DNA from: a virus
Taxonomy: Duplodnaviria; Caudoviricetes
DNA: 64,000 nt
Strand: one strand, 5' to 3'
Virus record (IMG/VR): IMGVR_UViG_3300047160_004333
Coordinates: 4,097 to 68,096 of that record
Shown: one piece after another, positions 1 to 9,730 of the stretch
How the letters are laid out: every line of letters starts with the position of its first letter
How positions within the stretch are numbered: the first letter of the stretch is position 1
The notes under the pieces: model-generated
The model's database searches: none
What the model was told of the DNA's origin: nothing
What the model saw: only the letters and a program-made list of their open reading frames with translations
Program-made: the position numbers and the translations under genes

Positions 1-1284
1 CTCAAGTTCAAGAACCTGATTACCTCCGCACGCTACCGCGCCCTCTACGGCGACAACTTCATGCTGGAGAAGGAAGGCGAAATCAAAATCACCAACAATC
101 GCACCGGCTCCAAGTTCGCCTCCTCGGTCGGCGGCATCGGTACCGGCGAGCGCGGTGACGTCGTGGTGATCGATGACCCGCACGACGTGCATAAATCGGA
201 ATCCGACGTCGTGCGCGCCAATACCGTGCGCTGGTTCCGCGAGTCGATCACCGACCGCCTCAACGACCTCGACAAGTCCGCCATCGTCATCATCATGCAA
301 CGCGTGCATCAAGGCGATATCTCCGGGTTCATCCTGGAGGCGGGCTGGCCCTATAGCCACCTGATGGTGCCCATGGAGTTCGAGCCGGGCAGGGAACCGT
401 ACAATCAACTCGGCTGGGTCGACCCGCGCACCGAGGAAGGAGACCTGGCATGGCCGGAGCGTTTTTCGCCCGAGGCGGTGGCGGCAATCGAAAGAGAAAA
501 AGGAAGCTTTGCCTACGCGGGCCAGTACCAACAGCGACCAGCACCGCGTGGTGGCGGCATTATAAAGCGCGCCCATTGGCGACCATATACGGCCGAAGAC
601 TGTGGTCGTTTCGGCGTGAGTTGGCCAAAGTTTCCGGTCATGTCATATACTGTATTGTCTATCGACACAGCGCAGACCGAGAAAAAACAAAACGACCCGT
701 CCGCAGGCGTCGTCCTCGGCGTGTGCTCCGATATCTACAACAATAGACGAGTGATGCTCATGTTCGCCTGGGCGGCACGGCTCGAACTCTACGAACTGGT
801 CAAGGAAATCGAGAAAACCTGCAAGACCTTCCGCGTCGACCGCGTCCTGCTCGAAGGCACCGCATCCGGCCACCCCGTCGCCCAGGAACTGCGCCGCCGT
901 GGACGAACGATCTCCGACGTCATGTACTACAATCCGAAAACGCAGGACCGCGCCGATTTCGGCGTCACCATCATCAAGCCCGAAGGCGATAAGGTCGCGC
1001 GCATGATCGCATGCCAGAACCTGTTCGAGGCAGGCGTCATCTGGGCCCCCGCCGAAATCAGCAACAACAACGAGTTCCTGTTCAAGGACTTTGTCGAGAA
1101 GGTCATGGCCGAGTGCGAGGTCATGCCCAAGGGCGAACACGACGACCTCGCCGACGCCATGTCGCAAGGCCTGCTGCATCTGCGCCTGCTCGGCCTCGCC
1201 AAGCTGCCGGACGAATGGGAGATCGATGAGCGCGACCCGGTCTACGAGCGCGGCCCGGTGCCGCTCTACCCCGCATTCGCATAA
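1..1284 (+). CDS. terL: Terminase large subunit (5' truncated by window edge; frame open from base 1)
   Basis: Walker B-like VVVIDDPH, coupling motif IIMQR, nuclease motifs SIDTA and HDDLADAMSQ. Confidence 0.93.
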   Translation, partial: LKFKNLITSARYRALYGDNFMLEKEGEIKITNNRTGSKFASSVGGIGTGERGDVVVIDDPHDVHKSESDVVRANTVRWFRESITDRLNDLDKSAIVIIMQRVHQGDISGFILEAGWPYSHLMVPMEFEPGREPYNQLGWVDPRTEEGDLAWPERFSPEAVAAIEREKGSFAYAGQYQQRPAPRGGGIIKRAHWRPYTAEDCGRFGVSWPKFPVMSYTVLSIDTAQTEKKQNDPSAGVVLGVCSDIYNNRRVMLMFAWAARLELYELVKEIEKTCKTFRVDRVLLEGTASGHPVAQELRRRGRTISDVMYYNPKTQDRADFGVTIIKPEGDKVARMIACQNLFEAGVIWAPAEISNNNEFLFKDFVEKVMAECEVMPKGEHDDLADAMSQGLLHLRLLGLAKLPDEWEIDERDPVYERGPVPLYPAFA

Positions 1285-1295
1285 GGAAAACCTCG

Positions 1296-1628
1296 ATGCC
1301 GAGAAGCGCCAAGGACCTGCGCGCCGAGTTCCTGCGCCACCAGGCCGAGAAGGCCTGGGACACCATCGAACTTGCCCGCATCAGGGCACTGGAGGAACAA
1401 CTCGTCGACTACGCCGCCAACGCCTGGCGCGACATCGACGCCGTGCCGCCGCCACTCGATACCCCCATCCTCTGCGTCGGCTCCCCCGCCGAGGGCGTCA
1501 TCGTCATGATCCTTCACCCCAACGGCGATTGGCGCTGCGCTGGCCAGCCCCACAAGCCGCCAACGCTGTGGATGCCGTGTCCACAGCCGCCGGAAAACGC
1601 GGCGGCCAAACTCACGGTGGCAAAATGA
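1296..1628 (+). CDS. DUF551-like phage protein
   Basis: PPLDTPIL...W...TLWMPCPQPP pattern; SD-like AAGGA upstream. Confidence 0.55.
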   Translation: MPRSAKDLRAEFLRHQAEKAWDTIELARIRALEEQLVDYAANAWRDIDAVPPPLDTPILCVGSPAEGVIVMILHPNGDWRCAGQPHKPPTLWMPCPQPPENAAAKLTVAK

Positions 1629-1689
1629 GGGCAAAGCTCAAAATAAGCCGGATTGACCGCGAGCGGTCTTATGGCTCCGAGATGGAGTA

Positions 1690-2001
1690 ATGGTTATGCC
1701 GTTTCCAATCATGACGAGGGAAGAGTTGAAGGCCGCCGATGAAGATAGTTTGCGTCAGCGCGTGCCACCCCCCAGATTGCGAGTTGTGCTCGCGTCCATG
1801 AGCACCGCGATCTCCGCGCTACGGGAAATAAGAGATGCACAGTTGAAGGTTGCGAACTCGATGCTCACGGTCGTGGAGCTATTGCGGCAGATCGAGCAAA
1901 ACCAGCGAAGACAGTGGGAGGTCGAGAAACGTCCCCAGGTCGCCAACAGAGCGCTCGCGCTCGCGCACCGTCGGCGCAAACGCGCGAAAAGGAGGCGGTA
2001 G
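1690..2001 (+). CDS. Hypothetical coiled-coil protein with basic C-terminus
   Basis: ORF with GGAG upstream, in line with operon. Confidence 0.55.
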   Translation: MVMPFPIMTREELKAADEDSLRQRVPPPRLRVVLASMSTAISALREIRDAQLKVANSMLTVVELLRQIEQNQRRQWEVEKRPQVANRALALAHRRRKRAKRRR

Positions 2002-2025
2002 CAAAATAAAAGGAAAGGAAATGAC

Positions 2026-2268
2026 ATGACCTACGGCGAACAAGCAGTCGGCTTGAGTTTTAATCCAAGCGGTGACGAAGATGTCAAGATGATCAAGAAA
2101 CTATACGCGACGATCATCGATTTTTGTCATTCGGCGCGGCGTGGCGAAGGAAGCTGTGATGAAGTGTCGCCTGAAAAGGCACGCCTGTTCTCCATCGCCA
2201 TCACCGAAGCACAGGGGGCACAAATGTGGGCGGTCAAAGCCATCACCTGGCGACTGGAAGATGATTGA
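2026..2268 (+). CDS. Acb2/Tad1-like helical-hairpin protein (candidate cyclic-nucleotide sponge)
   Basis: FNPSG...IK...IID and SIAITEAQGAQMWAVKAIT, resembling the C-terminal helix of T4 Vs.4/Acb2 as recalled; SD AAGGA. Confidence 0.55.
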   Translation: MTYGEQAVGLSFNPSGDEDVKMIKKLYATIIDFCHSARRGEGSCDEVSPEKARLFSIAITEAQGAQMWAVKAITWRLEDD

Positions 2269-2830
2269 AACGCCACTGTTCCATATCTCGCTGCTGTCCG
2301 AGGAGGAGGCAGACCACACCACGCTCAATCCCAAGGTCGCCGAGGAAGTCCTTCGCCGTCACAACAACGAACCATCGTCGGCCCCCTCCCTCAGCGGCGA
2401 ATGGCGCTCGCAGAAAGATTTCTTCCAATCGCAAACACCAGCATGCATGCTGCTGCGCGATAAAATCGTCGAAACCTCCACCGCCGCCATCAGGGAACTG
2501 GCGCCGCCAGGCGAGACCCGCGGTCAGCGCGTCAACTTCGAGGGCTGGATCAACGTCAATCCACCCGGCAGCTTCAACGCCCCACACAATCACTATTCCG
2601 ACAGCATCTCCAAGCTCAGCGGCATCTACTACGTCGCCGCACCGGAAAACTGCGGCGCGCTGGAGCTTCTCGCCCCGCAATCCTATTGGCCGCGCAACCC
2701 CGGCGGACGCTATACGCTGGAGCCGAAGGCAGGCAAATACATCATCTTCCCCAGCTACATCTACCACTGGGTGCAGCCCAACGCCTCGGCCGAAATGCGC
2801 ATCTCGGTCGCCTGGAACATGCGCTTTTAA
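2261..2830 (+). CDS. 2OG-Fe(II) oxygenase (TIGR02466-like)
   Basis: WINVN..G.FNAPHNH, LSGIYYV, IIFPSYIYHWV, RISVAWN; start reassigned to ATG 2261 overlapping the upstream stop. Confidence 0.88.
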   Translation: MIETPLFHISLLSEEEADHTTLNPKVAEEVLRRHNNEPSSAPSLSGEWRSQKDFFQSQTPACMLLRDKIVETSTAAIRELAPPGETRGQRVNFEGWINVNPPGSFNAPHNHYSDSISKLSGIYYVAAPENCGALELLAPQSYWPRNPGGRYTLEPKAGKYIIFPSYIYHWVQPNASAEMRISVAWNMRF

Positions 2831-2958
2831 AGAAAGCGAGGTGAGGCCCATTCAAACGGAGGACGTCAATACGACCGTTCTCGGAAGCGACATAGAACGC
2901 CGCTGACGAAAGGAGGTGGTGCCAGCTGCCCACGCCAACCTACCTACCATTGAGTAGC

Positions 2959-2998
2959 GGGGCGCACCTGTGGCCGGGTGCGCCCCCATATGTATAAT
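2959..2998 (+). promoter_or_regulatory. GC hairpin (GGGGCGCACC/GGTGCGCCCC) followed by TATAAT
   Basis: Perfect 10-bp inverted repeat 2959-2968/2977-2986; TATAAT at 2993-2998; no canonical -35 at 17 bp. Confidence 0.5.
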
Positions 2999-3024
2999 GA
3001 ACGGAAGAATCAGGGGGCTCCCCC

Positions 3025-3501
3025 ATGGCGGTGACCGGCGTCAAAATCTCAAGCCTCCCCAGCGCCGCCGTCCCGCTGACCGGCGCGGAACTCGTCCCCC
3101 TGGTGCAAGGCGGCGTCACCTCGCACGCCCCCGCCAGCGCACTCAATATCCCCGTCCCCCCTCCCGCCCCCGGCCCGACGTCGGCAACCGCCTTCATCCT
3201 GCTGCCCTCGGGCATCAATAATCAAAGCGGCGCAACCTATACCCTGCAGGCGAGCGACAACGGCCGCTTCATCACCCTCAACAACGCCGCCCCCATCACG
3301 CTCACCTGCCCCACCGGCCTGGGTGCGGCCTTCGGCTGCACCATCATGCAAATCGGCCTCGGTCAGGTCGCCGTCGTCGCCGGAACCGGCGCGAGCGTCC
3401 ACGGCTACAACAACCTCATCCATCTCGCTGGCCCGTTCGCCGCCGCGCTGGTCTTCGCCTACGCGCCCGATACCTTCGCGCTGACCGGGCAGACAGCATG
3501 A
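3025..3501 (+). CDS. Virion fibre/adaptor-like protein
   Basis: KISSLP..PLTGAELVPLVQGG and TYTLQASDNGRFITLNN domains are paralogous to parts of the 20130 fibre. Confidence 0.7.
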   Translation: MAVTGVKISSLPSAAVPLTGAELVPLVQGGVTSHAPASALNIPVPPPAPGPTSATAFILLPSGINNQSGATYTLQASDNGRFITLNNAAPITLTCPTGLGAAFGCTIMQIGLGQVAVVAGTGASVHGYNNLIHLAGPFAAALVFAYAPDTFALTGQTA

Positions 3502-3527
3502 TGCCCATATGATTTTCTGACCCTCAT

Positions 3528-6500
3528 ATGATCCCCGCGCTGACGCCGCTCGCCAATCCAAGCCTGCCGCCACCACTGCCCGTGTTCTCCTCCGCAGGCG
3601 TGTTCAACGCCAGCCACCAATTGGTGCGAACCCTGTGGAGCGCATCGCCCAACGATCCGCGTAACCCCGCCACCGCCTGGGACGGCACGCTGGACGACGG
3701 CACCGTCGCCTCGACCGGAACCTACACCATCAACCTGCTCACCAGCCAAACCACCTACCAATGGGACGGCGTCGTCGGCAATTCCGCCGTCAATCACCCC
3801 GCCACACCGCTCACCTATATCGGCGGCTCGGTCGTCATGTGGCAGATGGCCATCGCCGACTCGCTCGACGTGTTCTGGACCAATACCTACCACGAGAAAA
3901 ACAGCACGGTTTATTTCACGACCACCAGCGACATGAACCATGCCTACGACCCGTACAAGTGGCCCCACTACGGAGAGTTCGGCGCCCAGTACGGTCATCC
4001 CGACGGCTGGGGCACCTTGACCTGGGGCTTCGTCAACGCGCCGTTCTACAACTTCGTCGTCACCGACGGCATCGTGATGTACATCGCCAACAGCACCGGC
4101 CACGGCTACAGCAGTCTCAGCTACGTCGTCGGTGTCACCGCATCAACCAAGCAGCAGATCATGTATTCGTCCGGCGACGCCAACGGCCATATCGGCGTCT
4201 ATGTCGCCAGCGACGGCAACGGCTACATCAATTCGATTGCCGCCCAGCGCGCGCCCGGCAACTTCATGTTCATCGCGCGCTCGGCGGCCAACCAGATCTG
4301 GGTCGTCAATAAAACCACCGGCGCAACCGTCGGTACCCCAACCTGGACAAGCCCGCTCGTGCTCTGCGCCAATCCGGTCGCGGGCGATCTATGGTATGCC
4401 GACGCAACCGCCGTGCGCAGACTCATCGTCAGCCCGACCGGCGTTCTCACCGCAGACGGCATCACCATTACCGGCGTGGCCGCAACCGCGATGGCGATCT
4501 CGCCCGATGGCGCGACCCTGCTCATCGCCGACAATAACACCCAGCAGATCAAGGCGTTCAATACCATCGACGGCAGCATCAAGACCGCCTGGGGCAATAT
4601 GGGCACGCTCGGCCTCGCTGGCGGCTACGCCACCAACCCCGCCGTCACCGACAACAAGTTCATGCTGTTCACGCCCGCCACCGGGCAATCGAGCGGCCCC
4701 GGCGGCTTTATCTGCTACGCCCCAGACGGCTCGTTCTGGTTCGGCGACAACGGCAACTACCGGCATTTGCACTTCTCGGCCGGGAACAATCCCACCGTCA
4801 TCGAGCGCACCGCCTACGTCCCCACCGTCTATTCCTGCGCCGTCTGCCGGGGCGACGATACCCGCATGTTCGGCAACTTCCTGGAATGGAAGATCGACTA
4901 CACGCAGCCGTTCGACAGCTCCTGGACGTTGGTCAACAATTGGGCCTACGGGCTCACCTCCAACAACTTCGATAACTTCTGGGCGCTGCGCTACGTCGGC
5001 ATCTACCAGAACGGCCGCACCTATGCGGGCATCTACAACGTCAGCACGACGCTGCGCGAGATCTGGGAGCTAACCGCAAATGGCCCGCGCAATACCGGAA
5101 CCGCCATCAGCAACCACAGCTATCTCGGCTACAATCTGGATGTTTACTCCAACGACAACATCAGCCAGATCTTCCGGCTTCCTTTCACCGGCTTCGACGG
5201 CAGCGGCAATCCGACCTGGGCGGGCGACCCGACGCAGGATGCTTTCAGCACACTCGGTCCCGGCTGGGTGCCGTATATCAGCGCCGCCCTCCCCGTGCCC
5301 GCGAAGTTCCCCGACTGGGGCTGGAGCAACGTCTATCCCGCCGCCGAGCCGCTCGCCAACAATACGCTGCCAATGTTCAAGTACCGCAACATCTCTTCGG
5401 GCCTCAACCACTACGGCGGCGTCGATACCGGCAGCGGCGCTTGGCGCTTCAACACCCATCCCGAAACCAATATCTGGGGCGGCGGCATCGGCCTCAATCT
5501 GATGTACTACCCGGAGGCCCCGTTCTTCCCCTGCAGCGGCAGCGGCTCGCCCTCGAACTACGGCGGCTCCTTCCTCTATCGCCCCGGCGCAAACGACGTG
5601 TTCACGTCATGCCGCTGCGAGCTTTGGGGCGGCGGCCAAACCAACATGTGGTCGCATTGGCACCAGAGCGGCCTGCTGATCAACCGCTTCGGCCAGGTCT
5701 CTCCCGCCTTCGCCGCGATCCCGCTGATCTACCCGAATTACTTCAACGGTGGACATCAGCAGCTGCCGGAATCCGGCTCAAACTTCTGGGGCATGCCGGG
5801 ACGCGCTGGCAACGTCACAACCGGCGGTATCGCCCAGCAGGGCAACAACTACTACATCTTCCACGGCGAGGAATGGGTGCATAGCGGTCTGCATCGCTGG
5901 ACCGTGCAGGGTCTCAACAGCATCAACTACGGTTCCGTCGCCACCATCAACTGGAACTCGGCGAGCTTCGTGCCGCCGACACCTACACCTGGCGACATGC
6001 TCGCCGGGCTGCCGCTCAACGTGCAGAACGTGCCGGATAACTCCGCCGGTTGGCGGCGCACGCCGACCGCCGATATCGGTACAGAGCCCCCGGCAGGCTC
6101 GCCCAACCTCGCCATCATGACCAACTCCATCAGGTCCGATCCGCGCGCATCGCCGGACCTCTACTTCGGTCTCAGCGGCTTCACCTCGGTGATGAGCCCG
6201 ACCGCGCAGTTGAAAAAAATCGTGCCGCGCACCGGCACCGGCAACTGGACCTTGACGCTGACGGCAAGCATCGTCGGGGGGCAGACCGAATGGTACAAAG
6301 ACACGATCCCCGCCAACGAGAACTACAAGGGTATGTGGATCGAGGTCGTGGATAATGCAGCCTTGCGCATCGTGTCGTTGTGGCCATTCCTGATGGCGCA
6401 CACCGTCGCCGGTCAATCCGGCTATTCGCTGTGGGTCAACGAGCAGCCGATCGACGATCCGACACACTGGTCCGATGGCTACAGCTGGCGGCTCTACATC

Positions 6501-6761
6501 AGCGGCGGCTATCACTCCTACCCGGTCTACGACGGCTCGCAGTGGAAACTACTGCGGCCCATCATCATCACCGGCAACGTCGCCAGCAACAACGTGCAAG
6601 TCCAGATCGGACCATATTCCATCACCACCAGCGTCTACGATACCGGGGCCAGCATCGCCAACCCGCACGAGTTGCAGTTCAATGTCCGCTTCAGGGGGGC
6701 CGATGTCGGAACGCCGACCGGATGCGCCATCGACCTCGTCGGGGTGCAGTTTACCGGCTAA
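3528..6761 (+). CDS. 1077-aa protein, FlgD-Ig-like N-terminus plus beta-propeller-like region; putative virion appendage or receptor-binding protein
   Basis: LVRTLW...AWDGTLDDG..ASTGTYTINL; beta-rich repeats such as AMAISPDG and ICYAPDGSFWFGD; consistent codon bias. Confidence 0.6.
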   Translation: MIPALTPLANPSLPPPLPVFSSAGVFNASHQLVRTLWSASPNDPRNPATAWDGTLDDGTVASTGTYTINLLTSQTTYQWDGVVGNSAVNHPATPLTYIGGSVVMWQMAIADSLDVFWTNTYHEKNSTVYFTTTSDMNHAYDPYKWPHYGEFGAQYGHPDGWGTLTWGFVNAPFYNFVVTDGIVMYIANSTGHGYSSLSYVVGVTASTKQQIMYSSGDANGHIGVYVASDGNGYINSIAAQRAPGNFMFIARSAANQIWVVNKTTGATVGTPTWTSPLVLCANPVAGDLWYADATAVRRLIVSPTGVLTADGITITGVAATAMAISPDGATLLIADNNTQQIKAFNTIDGSIKTAWGNMGTLGLAGGYATNPAVTDNKFMLFTPATGQSSGPGGFICYAPDGSFWFGDNGNYRHLHFSAGNNPTVIERTAYVPTVYSCAVCRGDDTRMFGNFLEWKIDYTQPFDSSWTLVNNWAYGLTSNNFDNFWALRYVGIYQNGRTYAGIYNVSTTLREIWELTANGPRNTGTAISNHSYLGYNLDVYSNDNISQIFRLPFTGFDGSGNPTWAGDPTQDAFSTLGPGWVPYISAALPVPAKFPDWGWSNVYPAAEPLANNTLPMFKYRNISSGLNHYGGVDTGSGAWRFNTHPETNIWGGGIGLNLMYYPEAPFFPCSGSGSPSNYGGSFLYRPGANDVFTSCRCELWGGGQTNMWSHWHQSGLLINRFGQVSPAFAAIPLIYPNYFNGGHQQLPESGSNFWGMPGRAGNVTTGGIAQQGNNYYIFHGEEWVHSGLHRWTVQGLNSINYGSVATINWNSASFVPPTPTPGDMLAGLPLNVQNVPDNSAGWRRTPTADIGTEPPAGSPNLAIMTNSIRSDPRASPDLYFGLSGFTSVMSPTAQLKKIVPRTGTGNWTLTLTASIVGGQTEWYKDTIPANENYKGMWIEVVDNAALRIVSLWPFLMAHTVAGQSGYSLWVNEQPIDDPTHWSDGYSWRLYISGGYHSYPVYDGSQWKLLRPIIITGNVASNNVQVQIGPYSITTSVYDTGASIANPHELQFNVRFRGADVGTPTGCAIDLVGVQFTG

Positions 6762-6791
6762 GATGCCGACTCATCAGGCTCAGGTATAGCT

Positions 6792-9095
6792 ATGGCCGCA
6801 GATGATGTTCCCATCCAGTCCTTCGACCCCTGGCTCAACCTCGGCCCAGGCGATATCGCCATTACAACGGATGATTCCGGCGGCGATGACGTCACAATCA
6901 ATATGCGTCCCGATGGCGCTATCCACATCGACGTGGGTGACGCTGTCTCCAACTCGATTGCCGCCTCCAAGCGCCACGACGCTAACCTCGCCGAGTACAT
7001 CGACCGCGCCGAGCTTGCGCTGATCTGCGACGACCTGCTCAACGGCATCGACGCCGACCTGCAATCGCGGCAGGAATGGATCGACCGCCGCGCCCAGGGC
7101 ATCAAGCACCTCGCGCTCAAGATCGAGAACCCGCGCTCGCCCTCGGCCGACGCCGATACCGCCGTCGAGGGCCAGGCCACCGTGCGCTCCCCGGTCATGC
7201 TCGACGCCGTGCTGCGCTTCCAGGCCAATGCCAGGGGAGAATTGTTGCCTGCGGGCGGTCCTGCCAAGATCCGCAATTTCAGAACACCGCGCACCATCGA
7301 GCGTCGGCTCGGGGAGCAGATGTCGGGCGCGCCCTACACCGATCAAAGCGACATCCTGGCCGACGACCTCGAACTCAAGTTCAATTTCTATCTCACCGTC
7401 ACCGACAAGGTTTATTATCCTGATACGAATCGAATGTTTTTCATGCAGGGCTTTGGCGGCAGCGCTTTCAAGAAAATCTATCAGTGCCCGATCCGCCGCC
7501 GCCCGGTGTCGCGCGCCGTCGATGCCGATGACATCATCGTCAGCGACAACGAGATCTGTCTCGAAGACTGCGGGCGCGTCACCCACCGCATCAAGATGCG
7601 GCCCTCGGTGCTCAAACGCATGCAACTGGCGGAGCAATACCGTGACATCGACCTGCAGACCCCGCATGCTCCCGACCCCGACGCTGTCGAGCGCGCAGAA
7701 CGCGATGTCGCGGGCTTATCCATCGGTTACGGTCAACGTCCTGCCGATTACGAGCACACCATCTACGAATGCTACTGTGAGCTTGACATCCGAGGCTTCG
7801 AGCATCGAGAGGGCGGTGACATTACCGGCCTTCCGCTGCCCTATCGCGTGACCATCGACAAAGATAGCCAGGAGATCCTGGAGATTCGCCGCAACTGGAA
7901 GGAAGACGATGACCGCTATCTCGCGCGCATGCCGCTGGTCAAATACCCCTTCGTCGAAGGCATCGGTTTCTACGGCATCGGGCTCCTGCATCTCATGGGC
8001 AACGCCACCGCAGCCATCACCACGGCGTGGCGGCTTGCGCTTGATTCGGGAGCATTCTCCTCCTGGCCCGGTTTCCTTTACTCCGAGCAGGTCGGACGCC
8101 AGGACACGATGACATTCCGCGTCGGGCTGGGTGCCGGGGTCAAGATCAATACCGGCGGCCAGCCCATCGGCCAGAACGTGATGGCGTTACCGTATAAGGA
8201 TGTGACGGCAGGCCTGGTGCAGGTCACCCAGCACATCGAGGACGAGGCGCGGCGCGTCGGCGGCACCCCCGAGCTAATGACCGGCGAGGGACGGCAGGAC
8301 GTCCCCGTCGGCACCACGCTAGCCATGCTAGATCAAGCGGTGAAAGTGATCGATTCCGTCCACAAAGGTATGCATATCGCCCAAGCCGAAGAGCTTTCAT
8401 TGCTGCGTGACCTGTTCATCGAAGACCCCGATTCGCTCATGTGCAACAATGCACCCGGCTATCAATGGGAGAAACAGGATATCGTCGCGGCGCTGCGCAA
8501 CTGCGATCTCACGCCGCAAAGCGATCCAAATACGCCATCTCATACTATAAGAGTGATGAAGGCAGTCGGCCTGGTGCAACTCGTACAGATGGCCCCGCAG
8601 ATCTGGGACCTGGCCAAGGTCGCGCAACGCGTCACCCAGATGGTCGGTATGGGCGACATCGACGACCTGCTCGCGCCCCCCGGCTCCAACCAGCCGCCGG
8701 TCGACACCAAGCACATCGAGGCCATGGCCAAGCTGCAGATGCAGATGGCGGGCCTGCAGCAGAAGGAACAGGACAGCCGCCGCAAGGCCGATATGGCGCA
8801 ATTGGCCGAAAGCCTCGGGCTGATCAAGGACCGCATGTCGAACGCTAACTCCGCTGCCGAGCGCATGAGCCGCGAGCGGGTCGAGCAGATGAAGCAGCAG
8901 GCGGCATTGATGAGTGCGCATTCCGATAGCCAGCACGCCCACCTCGACCGGCAGGCCGACATGATCAATGCCCACCTCGACCGGCAGGCCGATATGGCGG
9001 GCAGGCAGATGGACAACGAGGCCGCACTGGAACAGGCTCGGGCCAAAGCCGCCTCGGCCTCGCAAGCAGCCAAGAACGGCGGGCGCATCTGGTGA
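6792..9095 (+). CDS. Portal protein (P22-like) with helical C-terminal extension
   Basis: 767 aa, D..SRQEW, VLRFQANA.GELLPA.GP, KYPF..G.GFYG.GL; lies between terminase and scaffold; HLDRQADM repeated twice near the C-terminus. Confidence 0.88.
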   Translation: MAADDVPIQSFDPWLNLGPGDIAITTDDSGGDDVTINMRPDGAIHIDVGDAVSNSIAASKRHDANLAEYIDRAELALICDDLLNGIDADLQSRQEWIDRRAQGIKHLALKIENPRSPSADADTAVEGQATVRSPVMLDAVLRFQANARGELLPAGGPAKIRNFRTPRTIERRLGEQMSGAPYTDQSDILADDLELKFNFYLTVTDKVYYPDTNRMFFMQGFGGSAFKKIYQCPIRRRPVSRAVDADDIIVSDNEICLEDCGRVTHRIKMRPSVLKRMQLAEQYRDIDLQTPHAPDPDAVERAERDVAGLSIGYGQRPADYEHTIYECYCELDIRGFEHREGGDITGLPLPYRVTIDKDSQEILEIRRNWKEDDDRYLARMPLVKYPFVEGIGFYGIGLLHLMGNATAAITTAWRLALDSGAFSSWPGFLYSEQVGRQDTMTFRVGLGAGVKINTGGQPIGQNVMALPYKDVTAGLVQVTQHIEDEARRVGGTPELMTGEGRQDVPVGTTLAMLDQAVKVIDSVHKGMHIAQAEELSLLRDLFIEDPDSLMCNNAPGYQWEKQDIVAALRNCDLTPQSDPNTPSHTIRVMKAVGLVQLVQMAPQIWDLAKVAQRVTQMVGMGDIDDLLAPPGSNQPPVDTKHIEAMAKLQMQMAGLQQKEQDSRRKADMAQLAESLGLIKDRMSNANSAAERMSRERVEQMKQQAALMSAHSDSQHAHLDRQADMINAHLDRQADMAGRQMDNEAALEQARAKAASASQAAKNGGRIW

Positions 9096-9118
9096 GCGAA
9101 TCAGTTAGCATCGCGAGG

Positions 9119-9212
9119 CTTGCGCGGTGCCGTCATTGCCCCGCTTTCCGGCCGCGTTGCCACGCGCGAGAGCCGTGAAGGCGTCACAAATGCCCACGCG
9201 GCACCGCGCAAG
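9119..9212. repeat. 14-bp perfect inverted repeat enclosing 66 nt
   Basis: CTTGCGCGGTGCCG 9119-9132 and CGGCACCGCGCAAG 9199-9212. Confidence 0.85.
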
Positions 9213-9229
9213 TCCTGATGGAGTTTGTG

Positions 9230-9730
9230 ATGACCATTCATGGGGAATGTAAGGGAGGCCAGATTTCAGCCGAATATGTGGTCTGGGCAGCTATGATGCG
9301 GCGTTGCTACAATCCAAACTGCAAGGATTACCCGACTTACGGTGGCCGTGGTGTATCTGTTTGTGATCGCTGGCGGTTTGGGGAGAACGGGAAGGTAGCA
9401 GCGGCTTGCTTTATCGAAGACATGGGACGGCGGCCGTCTCCAAGGCATTCGCTGGACCGCACTGATAATGACGGCATCTACGAGCCGTCCAATTGTCGAT
9501 GGGCTACCGCCAGCCAGCAGGCTTACAACAGGCGGTCAGCGGAAAATAAAAGCGGCGTTCGTGGTGCGTATCCAAGCTCGTACCGAAACAAACTCTATGG
9601 CTACATGTCGAAGATCGGAGGCGGAAAGCGCCGGTCAATCTATTTTGGCACGTTCGATACCGCAGAGCAGGCTGCAGTGATGAGTGCCTGCATGAGAGAG
9701 GTGTATCGGGCACTTGATGGAGAACGATAA
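9230..9730 (+). CDS. HNH homing endonuclease with AP2-like C-terminus
   Basis: W..M..RC.NP..K.Y..YGGRG..VC.RW, SLDRTDNDGIYEPSNCRWAT; ATG 9230 has SD GGAG (alternative start 9218). Confidence 0.88.
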   Translation: MTIHGECKGGQISAEYVVWAAMMRRCYNPNCKDYPTYGGRGVSVCDRWRFGENGKVAAACFIEDMGRRPSPRHSLDRTDNDGIYEPSNCRWATASQQAYNRRSAENKSGVRGAYPSSYRNKLYGYMSKIGGGKRRSIYFGTFDTAEQAAVMSACMREVYRALDGER

